Source: Octopus sinensis
Taxonomy: Eukaryota
Assembly (NCBI RefSeq): GCF_006345805.1
Contig: NC_043005.1
Span: 91,698,001 to 91,762,000, forward strand
Reading direction: 5' to 3'
Length of the DNA: 64,000 bases
Of the stretch, positions 27,880-37,680 are shown one piece after another. The first letter of the stretch is position 1. Every line of letters begins with the position of its first letter. The position numbers and the translations under genes were made by a program. The notes beneath the pieces were generated by a model, which did no database searches, was not told the origin of the DNA, and saw only the letters and a program-made list of their open reading frames with translations.

Positions 27880-29580
27880 ATCCTTATTCTAGCAGCTATG
27901 CTCTCAGAGCATCCACTCCCACTACTGACTTGGTCACCTTGGTAATGGAAGCTATAAAACTACATCTAGTTTTCCCCCCTGGCATGTGATGGAATCTGTT
28001 TTCTGAAGATCTTCAGTGTTTATTGCCCCTGTGTATCTACCGCATACAAAAACTATCATCCCAGTTAATCTTCCTTTGATATTGCTGCACCTCTTATGTG
28101 TCCATTGCTTACACTGGGTACATCCTATGGAGTTTCTACCTATGCCTTTTCTATAGATCAAGCAGGGCTTGAAGGGATTTGTGATTTGTCTGCCTTTCTC
28201 CTTATTAAGACTTTGGTTTTTACTAGATTGACTCTAAGGCCCTTTGATTCTAGACCTTGCTTCTACATCTGAAACTTCTCTAGTTCTGGTAGTGACTCAG
28301 CTATTAGAGCAAGGTCATCAGCATAAAGGAGCTCCCAGGGGGCAGCCTGTCTTGAATTCCTCAGTTATTGCCTGAAGGACTATGATGAATAAGAGGGGGC
28401 TGAGGACTGATCCTTGGTGGAGCCCTACTTCTACCTGGAATTCTTCACTATACTCATTGCCAACCCTCACCTTACTGACAGCATCCCTGTACATAGCTTG
28501 TACAGTTCTCACCAACCACTCATCTATCCTTAGTTCCACATTGACTGCCAAATAAAAGATCGGGGGTCTCTGTCAAAGGCTTTCTCCATGTCAGTGAAAG
28601 CCAAGTACAGAGGTTTATCTTTGGCTTGGAATTTCTCCAGCAGCTGTCTTACCGGAAATATAGCATCAGTGGTGCTTCTCCCTGGCACAAACCCAAACTG
28701 CATCATGTCTAAATTAACTCTCTCCCTAATTAGTTGGGCTGTGACCATTTCTGTGATTTTCATCACCTGATCCAACAACTTGATACCTCTGTAATTATTT
28801 CTGTGTAATGTGTCATCTTTACTTTTGTAGTAGTTGACTATGGTGCTGCTACACCAGTCATTGGGTACGACTTCTTCATGTATCACCTGGTTGACTCTTT
28901 GGGTGACTAGACTATAGCCTACACTCCCAGATAGTTTAAGCATCTCAGCAGTGATTCCTGATGGGCTGTGGGCTTTCCCTCTCTTCATACCCTTAATTGC
29001 TTTATCTGCCAAGGTACTGTCAATTTGAATAGCTGGTCCCTATGCTGGGTCAACATTTGGCAGACTCTCTTTCTCCCATTCATTCTCTTCATTTAGTAAC
29101 CTTTCATAGTGGCATCTCCAAGTCTCTCTTTGCAGCATCATTAAATGCAAGTGAGCCATCATCCATGCAGATACATTTCTCTCTGATGACATCATAATTT
29201 TCTCTCATACACTGTCTGGCAATATGGAACACTTCAAGTTTCTGGTCCTCATGATGCAGAACATTGGCAAATGTTTTCTAACCTGCTTCCCCTCTTACTA
29301 TGTAAACCTGTCTCCTAGCTTCCCTTCTGGCAATCTGATACAATTCCTTACTACCACCACACTTCCAGTCTTTCCATGCCTGTTTCTCTACTCTAATGGC
29401 TCTGTCAACTACATTGTTCCACCACCATGTTACCTTAGGTCGAAAGGGGACTTTGCACCAGACACAGATCTGGTCAGTACCTCTTAACAGCTTGTCCCAT
29501 ATGAACCTACAGTTGTCCTCCACATTATGTATGCTATTTCCTCCTCTTTTTTTGTGAAAAGCTCCAAGTAACATGTCTCT
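27880..29580 (-). mobile_element. RTE LINE ORF2 fragment (endonuclease-RT linker through RT)
   Basis: VTWWWNNVVDRAIR; KAHSPSGITAEMLK; NNYRGIKLLDQVMK; QFGFVPGRSTTDAIF; AFTDMEKAFDR; GLHQGSVLSPLLF; LLYADDL. Frameshifted. Confidence 0.95.
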
Positions 29581-30589
29581 AAATCTCTGTCTATTCAGAA
29601 GATCCTTAAGCTTCTAGCCCCTTCTTTTCCATGCTGGTCATATGGGCAGCTATTTAGCCCCAATTCTGAAGTCGCTAACTACTAACCTATGTTGTGGGGT
29701 GCATTCTTCACCTGGGAAAGCTTTGGCATTTATAAGTAGCCATCTTCCCCGTTTCCTGGCCAGCCCCAAGGAAAAACTAAGCTACGAGCATTAGATTTCT
29801 TGGAAAAAGGATTGAATGTATACAAAACAAGGACAGAAAAACAGACAATCTTACACGAATATAAATACAAAAAATAATACGAATATATTTACAAAAAACA
29901 ATAATAATAATAATAATAATAATAACAGGACAAAACAACATATATATATATGGAGATGTACTTGCATAGCAAGTGACCTGACCTGAGATTGTGTGCTGGA
30001 ATGAAAACAATTGCAGCGTGGAAACACACACACACACATATATATAAATTCAAATAAAGGTTACACATCTCATTAAGGGATAATAAAATCCAAAGAATAT
30101 ACTGATTTATTACCTATAACAAGAAATATTGAATATTACAATTAATATTCAACTAGAAGGTAACTGGATTGTCCAGGATTTATATTTTTAAGAAAATAAG
30201 AAAATAGAGAGATAATTAAGTTAATAATTATTTATTAATTATAAAATAGGACATCATCTCTGATTCAAGACTTTTAGAAATTAATTATATTAATTAAAAA
30301 CATTTAAAAGCCGAATCTCATTGGAAGTGGCTAATGACATGCTATTACATTTTCATGTTCCATTTGTTGAATGTATGGCTCCAAACAGTTAACTGGTAAA
30401 TGTTATGTAGAAAGAACATGGTAGGAACTGTACAAAGGGGAGGAAGGTAGTATCTCTATCAAAGTTATTATGAAAAAGAAATAGAAATAAAGAATAGGAT
30501 ATGATATTAAAACAATATATCTCTCTAGAGTATTGAATAAAAGAAATTGTGAAAGTGGATATAACAATGTAACAGCAGTATATTCTTCC

Positions 30590-30780
30590 TGGACATCTTC
30601 CTGTTGAGAGTCCCAAATGAACCTACCTCACGGCAAGAGGTGCAAATGAGGGTAGCTATATCAAACTCCATTCTTCACCAAGTGCCATATATTAGAGAAG
30701 GCTCTTAGTAATAACAGTGTAGCGCAAAACGGCGGTGCATCGCCATGGCTGCAGCTCTGAGCTGAAACTAGAGAAAGCAA
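30590..30780 (+). mobile_element. 3' terminus of a CR1/L2-type LINE
   Basis: Reads ...FLLRVPNEPTSRQEVQMRVAISNSILHQ, like CR1/L2-group ORF2 C-termini (FLxxVPDxP...AASNSLxHQ). Followed by the tail ggcggtgcatcgccatggctgcagctctgagctgaaactag. Confidence 0.6.
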
Positions 30781-30804
30781 AAATATATATATATCTTTTT
30801 ATAT

Positions 30805-30848
<44 letters not shown>

Positions 30849-30865
30849 TATATATTATATATATA

Positions 30866-30995
30866 TGGAGTTTAAAGCAGGTATAATTCAAATACTTTTA
30901 CTTCCGACATGCTTCGAAGATTTCCTTAATATTATCCCAAAGGAATAAAATGGTGTAAAACAATGTAATCTTCTCTTCAGAGAAGTGAAGAAATG
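30866..30995 (-). mobile_element. Solo Penelope-like pLTR next to (TA)n
   Basis: Homologous to the 3' end of the PLE at 37681-37810 (both end ...aactccat). Contains the hammerhead at 30900-30986. Confidence 0.75.
30900..30986 (-). ncRNA. Type I minimal hammerhead ribozyme (A15.1->G variant)
   Basis: acttct-CTGAAGA-gaagatt[44 nt]aatcttc-GAAG-c-at-GTC-ggaagt: 6-bp stem I (one G.U), 7-bp stem II, short self-complementary stem III, GUC cleavage triplet. Confidence 0.7.
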
Positions 30996-31950
30996 TTAAC
31001 AGCATTAAACTGCATATTATTATCCTCAGCCCATCTGTAAATTGAGTCCAACTCCTGCTGCAGGTGTGCAACATCGCTGGGGTTTTGTATTTTCTGCAGG
31101 ACTTTCGTATCATCTGCATAGCTTGTGAGGGTGGCTATCCTGGCATTTGAGGGCATATCTGCGAGAGCCACTATAAAAAGCAGTGGTCCCAAGACAGTGC
31201 CCTGTGGAACACCGCTCACTATTTGTGTGTTCATAGAGGTGGCTCCATTAGCCACTACTGCCTGACTCCTATCTTTCAGAAAGTCATGTAACCACTCTCC
31301 AAGTTTTCCAACTATGCCAAAGTTATACAGTTTGTGGCTTATCATACCATGATCCACTTTGTTAAAAGCTTTTGCAAAATCAAGGTATATTAAGTCCACT
31401 TTTGATTTGTTGAGTAACTGCCTCAACACGCAGTTATAATGTTGTAAGAGCTTGGTCAGGCAGCTCCTACCTGGTCGAAAACCATGTCGGGTATCACAAT
31501 ATAGTTATTTTTTTTCAAGGAATGCAATTAGTTTCCCTCTGACTATCCGTTCCATGACTTTGCTGATGCGTGAAGTCAGAGAGATAGGCCTATAGTTTTT
31601 GGCATCTGCTCTACTTCCCCCTTTATGTATTGGGCATATTATTCCCTCCTTCACCTTGCTTGGCAGTTTGCCATTTGTAAGAAAGCTCTGGAAGAGAATC
31701 TGGAGGGGTTTTGCCAGGGCATGCTTACACGATTTGAGGAGGATTGCTGGGAAACCATCAGGACCAGCAATTGAGTTTGTGTCCACTTCATCTATGGCTA
31801 GTAGTATATCTTTTTCACTAATGTCAATGTATTCCATTGTAACTGCCTCACTGGTTATAGGTGAGGCGGCAAAGAAGTCCACTGGTTTGTTCACTTGTCT
31901 GTCTTCCAATGGGGTGGTAAAGACACTTTTGAACTGGTCATTCAGTATCT
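30996..31950 (-). mobile_element. CR1-clade LINE RT fragment
   Basis: AGPDGFPAILLK; PIHKGGSRADAKNYRPISLTS; IYLDFAKAFNKVDHG; SGVPQGTVLGPLLF; SYADDTKV. Confidence 0.95.
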
Positions 31951-31979
31951 CACTGAATATATATATATATATTATACAT

Positions 31980-31985
31980 ATATAA

Positions 31986-32053
<68 letters not shown>
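31980..32053 (+). repeat. (TA)n microsatellite
   Basis: Long TA run at a TE junction. Similar runs at 9809-9840, 30780-30865, 33727-33767 and 38981-39044. Confidence 0.95.
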
Positions 32054-32054
<1 letters not shown>

Positions 32055-32057
<3 letters not shown>

Positions 32058-32157
32058 CCTGCTCGCTTAGCCAGCGGGGTGGCGTCATTTGAAGGCTAAA
32101 ACAATGCGAAGTGCATTGTGACCAGCAATGTGTAGCAACATTTGATAGCCTGGTCAG
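32055..32157 (+). mobile_element. 3' fragment of family-D SINE
   Basis: ttggcctgctcgcttagccagcggggtggcgtcatttgaaggctaaaacaatgcg matches the copy at 42806-43118. Confidence 0.7.
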
Positions 32158-32187
32158 AAAAAAAAATATATATATTTATATATATAT

Positions 32188-32220
<33 letters not shown>

Positions 32221-32239
32221 ATAAACACTAAACACTGAA

Positions 32240-32745
32240 AATGTGCAGAGAACAACTTCCGCCACATTCCAGGGAGAAAAACTAGAAGTAGTTGATAGCT
32301 TCTGTTACCTAGGTGACCAAGTCAGTAGCGGGGTAGGGTGCGCTGAAAGTTTAGTTGCTAGAATAAGAATAGCCTGGGCAAAGTTCAGAGAGCTCTTACC
32401 TCTGCTAGTGACAAAGGGCCTCTTGCTCAGAGTAAAAGGCAGACTGTATGACGCATGTGTACGAACAGCCATGCTACATGGCAGTGAAACATGGGCCGTG
32501 ACTGCTGAGGATATGCGTAAGCTCGCAAGGAATGAAGCCAGTAAGCTCCACTGGATGTGTAATGTCAGTGTTCATACTCGGCAGAGTGTAAGTACCTTGA
32601 GAGAAAAGTTGGGCCTAAGAAGCATCAGTTGTGGTGTGCAAGAGAGATGACTGCGCTGGTATGGTCATGTGGCAAGAATGGACGAGGATAGCTGTGTGAA
32701 AAAGTGTCACACCCTAGTGGTTGAGGGAATTTGTGGAAGAGATTT
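32240..32745 (+). mobile_element. RTE LINE ORF2 C-terminal fragment
   Basis: FQGEKLEVVDSFCYLGDQVSSG...TAMLHGSETWAVT...LRWYGHVARMDED. Same family as 11060-12310. Confidence 0.92.
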
Positions 32746-33723
32746 TTTTTTTCAAATATTGTAGTTATTTTTGTGGTTTTACATTTATTAAATGTAAGAT
32801 TGGAAGTGAAAGATGATGTTCCCAGGTTTATATCAGAGCACATTTACTTTTCTGTTCTTTGGACTAACCTATAAAAGCATGAAAATATAAACGAGAGCAG
32901 CTTGTTATTCTTATTTAACATTTATGTGATTAATAGGAAGGTTGGCATACAATATCCAAATTTGCAAGATCCATGCCATCCATCTCAAGCTGGAATAGAA
33001 TAGAATTAAAAAGGAACAAAACAAAACAAAAAGAAAAGAAATAAGCTGCTTGCCATTCTTTTATCCTTTGTTTAGCTTCTGGATAGCTTTTGTGTTTTTG
33101 TTAATTATATTCAATATGCTGCCGAGTGCTGTTCTGTTTCTAATTTTGTTTCTTAAGACATCTAGTAAGATAGAATACAACCAAACAATTGCTAAAAGTT
33201 CCCCATGTTCTTTTTTCTATGAATAGTATTACAACCACAATCCTTTTTTAATTATTTTTTTTGCAGTAATTCTTTATAGATATGCACATGACATTCAATT
33301 AGAATTTTTGTTTAAATATCCCACCATTGCTTCTCTTAGTTTAGGATTAATTTTCTCCTAAGAACGTGACTAATTACTCAATCAATACATGTGTTGTATT
33401 CTTGTCATTTTGTCTGTCAAACTATGATACAGGAAATGTTACACAGGTAATGTGGGAAGCATTCGGTTGAATTAAGGAGAATTAGAGTTGTTGTAAGGGC
33501 TGCTGACAACTGAAAAGTTTCAGGTGGTAATTAAATGAAATCTTTTGTGCATCATTGAAGTTATAGCTTATACAGGCTGATTAGCTTGACACATTTCTCT
33601 TACCTTCCATTAAATTTTAGAAAAATATATCCAGTCCCTAAAGAATTGATGTTTGTTTAATAGAATGAACATTTCAGAAACATTAACTAAAAGTTCATAT
33701 TCTCTCTCTCTCCTTCTCTCTCT

Positions 33724-33775
<52 letters not shown>

Positions 33776-33894
33776 TTAGAGATAAAACCATTATTATGCA
33801 ACTCAGTGGTTTTATCTCTAATTTATATTTATACTGTGAAATTTGATTTAATACTAAATTGAATTTTTCCCTGTAAGTTTGGAGTTATACTCCC

Positions 33895-33949
<55 letters not shown>

Positions 33950-34316
33950 GTATCATCATCCTCTTCATTGTTTAATGTCCTCCTTCCTTGCTGGCATGGG
34001 TTGGGCAGTTTGACTGGAGCTGGCCAGGCAGGAGTCTATGCCATGCTTCTGTGTTTGTTTTGATATGGCTTTATAGCTGGATGCTCTTCCACTCTGCAAA
34101 GTGGTTGGTGTTAAATGTATGTATGCATGCATGCATGAGTTTTGTTGCTCTAGTAACTGCATCTTTCCAGATGGCGAGTTTTAACCTAGTCAACACTCTG
34201 CCTCATCACGCCTTCTATGCCTGTGTCAATTTTCAGCTTGATCCGAACACTGGTCTGGCCGCCAACCTCTGACGTAGCAAAATGTGCACGCAATTTTGAC
34301 CCAAAGCCTCTTATAT

Positions 34317-34364
34317 GATTGATTGATTGATTGATTCTAGTTTCAGCTCATGAGCTGTGGCCAT
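34317..34364 (-). mobile_element. Short CR1-type 3' terminus with (AATC)n tail
   Basis: Minus strand atggccacagctcatgagctgaaactag-aatcaatcaatcaatcaatc, homologous to the LINE tail at 30750-30772. Confidence 0.6.
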
Positions 34365-35114
34365 AATGACAATACTTTTGCGAAATGATCATATATTATT
34401 CTTATTTTTTTTGTAATATTAAATTTATTATCATCAATAATTGATTTAAATTTTACCTTATTTTTATTTTTTATTCCATTATTAAATGTATGATTCATAT
34501 TATCATAATACATATTATTATTAAGACCATAGTTACCTAAATAAAACTCATCATAATTCAGAAAATTAGGTTTATTATTATAAAAATCATTTATGTTATA
34601 ATCCTTTAAATTATAATTATATTTACAAATATTAAAGAAGTTAATATTATTATTATATCCTGCCTCATGCAGAGCTTTATTATTATAAATAAATAAAATC
34701 AAAAAAATTTAAATTGATATCTTTCAGTTATACAAATAAAAATATACTAGCAATACTTTGACCACCAAAATCAATATCTAATATTTATAATTATACTTTC
34801 TACATCTCACATATTGAATGCAGGATAAGGTACGGGTTACACAAAATTATCATGGATTACTGCGGTGAACTTACCAATCTGAAAACTTAAAAATATTCAT
34901 ACCAATGTCTATGTACCTAAATCAAAGGCAGTAACTTTTAATTTATTTTTCAAAGACACCCTTTCATATATTTTTTCAGATTTTTAAAATAACATTCAAT
35001 CTATTATACAAACTTCTACTTTTCCATCTCTGATGAGCAGAAGTATTGCCTATCAATGTGTATCAATTATGGATTCCCTTATAATGACAATACTTTTGCG
35101 AAATGATCATATAT
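34363..35114. other. 718-bp AT-rich unit with 34-bp terminal direct repeat (candidate retro-captured circular/tandem RNA)
   Basis: ataatgacaatacttttgcgaaatgatcatatat occurs exactly at 34363-34396 and 35081-35114. About 16% GC over 34381-34680 (hand count 49/300). Contains a hammerhead-like core and an antisense ORF. Confidence 0.7.
35030..35111 (+). ncRNA. Hammerhead-like core, stem I not found
   Basis: CTGATGA (35030-35036), 12-bp stem II gcagaagtattg/caatacttttgc (one G.U; canonical G10.1-C11.1), GAAA (35100-35103), palindromic ATGATCAT, then AUA. Confidence 0.45.
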
Positions 35115-35225
35115 ATACATTTATATTTATATTAATACATACAGATATATATATGTAAATACATTTATATATATATATATTAATATATACAGATGTATAT
35201 ATATATATATATATATATATAGTAG

Positions 35226-35450
35226 TGTGAATTCGATACGTCCTGTCGCTTCCTCGTCTATGCTCGAACTATCCCTTCGTCGATGACCACACGTGCGTCC
35301 TGCTTGACCTCTTCCGCTTCCTGCGACGCATGCACCCTGCAGTCTTACGCCAGCCCCTGCAAGCCCTACTTCCGCCCGCCTCATCTGTCATCCTCTCCAC
35401 CAACACCACATAGCTCATCACATCCCACAACACTGACTGCCAACACCACA
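35226..35450 (-). mobile_element. 3' LTR (225 bp) of an LTR retrotransposon
   Basis: TGTG...CACA termini. Polypurine tract ggggggggggcg (reverse complement of 35451-35462) immediately upstream on the minus strand. Confidence 0.85.
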
Positions 35451-35462
35451 CGCCCCCCCCCC

Positions 35463-37676
35463 GATCTACAGATCACTAAACCGGCTTTCCCACTCACTTC
35501 CCGCTCCCGAACTCATGCTTTAACTGGTTTCCTAATCAGCCAACCAGGGAGGAGGGTGCCATTCCCTCTGTGGTCACAGTGCAACCCTAGGACTGGTTCC
35601 TGGCATGTTGCTGCTGGCTTCATCATCTTGTCTACTGATGTTGTCTTCATCTTCTTGCCTACTGTTGTTTTTATGTTCTTGCCTACTGTTGTCTTCATCT
35701 TCTTGCCCACTGCTGGTGGTTCCATCCTCTGAGGCATGGACAATCTTCCATATATCCAAACGTGGCATGGCATACCATCGACAGAGATGTTGTTCTTCGA
35801 ATTTATAGAGGTTATTGTTCCCTTTCCCCATTGTGATGTACACCGTGTGTTTGGGGGTTTTACCCAAACTTCTTCCCCGACCTGCACGAAGGCATGCTCT
35901 TCCTCTGCCCTGGGTCGCATTGATGCAGTACACGGATGCCTCCACTCGTACCTAAATATTGCCCTGTGTGGCACCGACTCCTCAGCCTGTCCTGATCTGG
36001 GCGACATATTATACCAAAATACAGCCTCGATTGGTGAAATGTGACCCCTCTCTGCCATGGTCTTGATGGTACGATGATGCCTTTCCACCACCCCATTTCC
36101 ACTTGGCCAGTATGCCGCCCTGAAGAAGCGGTTGACCTTCCACCCAGCAAGCATTTCTTTCAGCACCTCCGAGCGAAATGCAGTGCCATTATCCAGAAGC
36201 AGTTCATCCACGGGGCTTCGTTCCAGGAATATCTCATTGAATACTTTCACAATTTCCTCTGCGGTCCCCGTCTTCATCTCCCTCCATATGGCCAACCGCC
36301 CCGGTCCGCAGTCAACCATTGAGAGGTATGTCCCCTGCCAGCAGTGTGTTATGTCCACCACCAGTTGTGGTCCACTGGAATACTTCCTGCCTCATGTATG
36401 CCCAGAGCAGGGTTGATGGACTGGCACCTGTCACAGCTGCTAACCACTCTCTGCACATTCCGTCTTGTTACATTGGAGTCAACTTTTCTGGCTAGGAACA
36501 ATATCCTTTCCATCCCCATGTGATGCATGGTATGCAATCTCTGCAACTCCGAGTCACTCAGACGGCATACTGCAGCTACAGCCTGCTTCGCATCCTCTGG
36601 CACCTGCAACCAGGCTCGCTTTACCCTGGTCAGGACATCTGCCCTGTTCTTCTCGGAAGGCACAAAGATCACACTCAGCTTCAGATTGAACTCAGTGGTT
36701 ATTTCACGCAGTATCCCCAAACGACGCTTTACCAGCATCTCTGCAGCCCCTTTGGTCCGCACCCTCCACACATTGGTGATGACTGCTGTCACCCAACCAA
36801 GTACAGTGGCTGGCTGAATCAGTCCTGATTTCTATGGTGTGCAACCCCCACTTCAAGGCTAGGTTCACCCCCCCTTCAACACAGCATCCAACTCCGCCAT
36901 ATTGATATGATTGCAGTCATCCATCTTCCTGAGCCAGGCTGCATCTTCCACCATGACACTTCCCACTTCTAAGATAATCCCTGTTGCGATGCTACTGGTG
37001 TCACACCATACAATCCCGCTCTTTGATTTGGAAACATACCAACTGCCCCTCACTGGGTCCTCTGCTCTTACTCTGACCAAGACTTCCTGTATCATGTCAG
37101 TCATCTTCTCCCCCACTCTATCGTTCCACTTCACTCCTTCGGCTTGTCTCTTGATGAAGCTACATGCTGTCCAGAGCCATCCTGCAATCGGGTAGTGTCC
37201 CACCAGCTTCCCACACACAAAGAACAGTTCCCGTCTACTCATGCTGGCACCCAGTTCGGGGATCTCATTCCCTCGCCGGAACACCAACGTGCCGGCCTTG
37301 TCTCTCTCCATAGCTTGAGGCCCAGTGCAGCACCTCCCTCCATTGCCTCTGGTGGCTTGGCGATCAGTCCAAAACTCTTCAGGTGGCCTATGACCTCCGT
37401 TGCTGGCATTACGGTTTCATCCATCAGAATATCATCAGTGTATGAATTGGTGGCCTTTTTTACTCTGTCCACCTTTCCCAGGATGGCCTTGAGAATTGTT
37501 GCCATAATCTTTGGTGCTGAATTCAGCCCGAACCCCAACCTGGTCAGACAGTACGTCTGGCCCTTATACCTGACAAGCTGGTACTTCTACAGTTTCTCAG
37601 CCACATGCACCTGTAGGTATGCCGACTTCAAATCAATGATCGTGGAGGCCCCTGTCATCTGCCTCCACTCCAGTAA
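35463..37676 (-). mobile_element. LTR retrotransposon internal region (RT-RNase H-integrase, Ty3/Gypsy-type order), 5'-truncated and frameshifted
   Basis: RT: IDLKSAYLQV, GFGLNSAP, SYTDDIL. RNase H: WCDTSS, HINMAELDAV, VPSEKNRADVLTR. Integrase: HHCC finger (HTMHHMG...CDRC), LLDNGTAF, PSGNGVVERHHRTIK. No gag or 5' LTR seen. Confidence 0.93.
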
Positions 37677-37680
37677 ATAA

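Noticed and set aside
30590-31950. Twin-priming inversion of a single CR1 insertion
   Set aside because: The pieces are tail-to-tail and separated by (TA)n and a PLE pLTR, not the inverted-5'-then-3' layout of twin priming.
34828-34934. Crossing 6- and 7-bp pairings (aggtac/gtacct, ttactgc/gcagtaa) suggesting a pseudoknot ribozyme
   Set aside because: The stems are short and far apart, and I could not match twister, HDV or group I core nucleotides.
34363-35114. Host mitochondrial NUMT (rRNA, control region or ND gene)
   Set aside because: No recognisable metazoan rrnL/rrnS motifs. The hydrophobic + strand frame has many TAA stops even under the invertebrate mitochondrial code. A ggtaagttc match to LSU rRNA is only 9 nt with non-matching flanks. 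A control-region origin is not fully excluded without a search.
35127-37680. Many overlapping ORFs on both strands suggesting overlapping genes
   Set aside because: Expected from the higher GC of the LTR element; only the minus-strand pol fragments carry real motifs.
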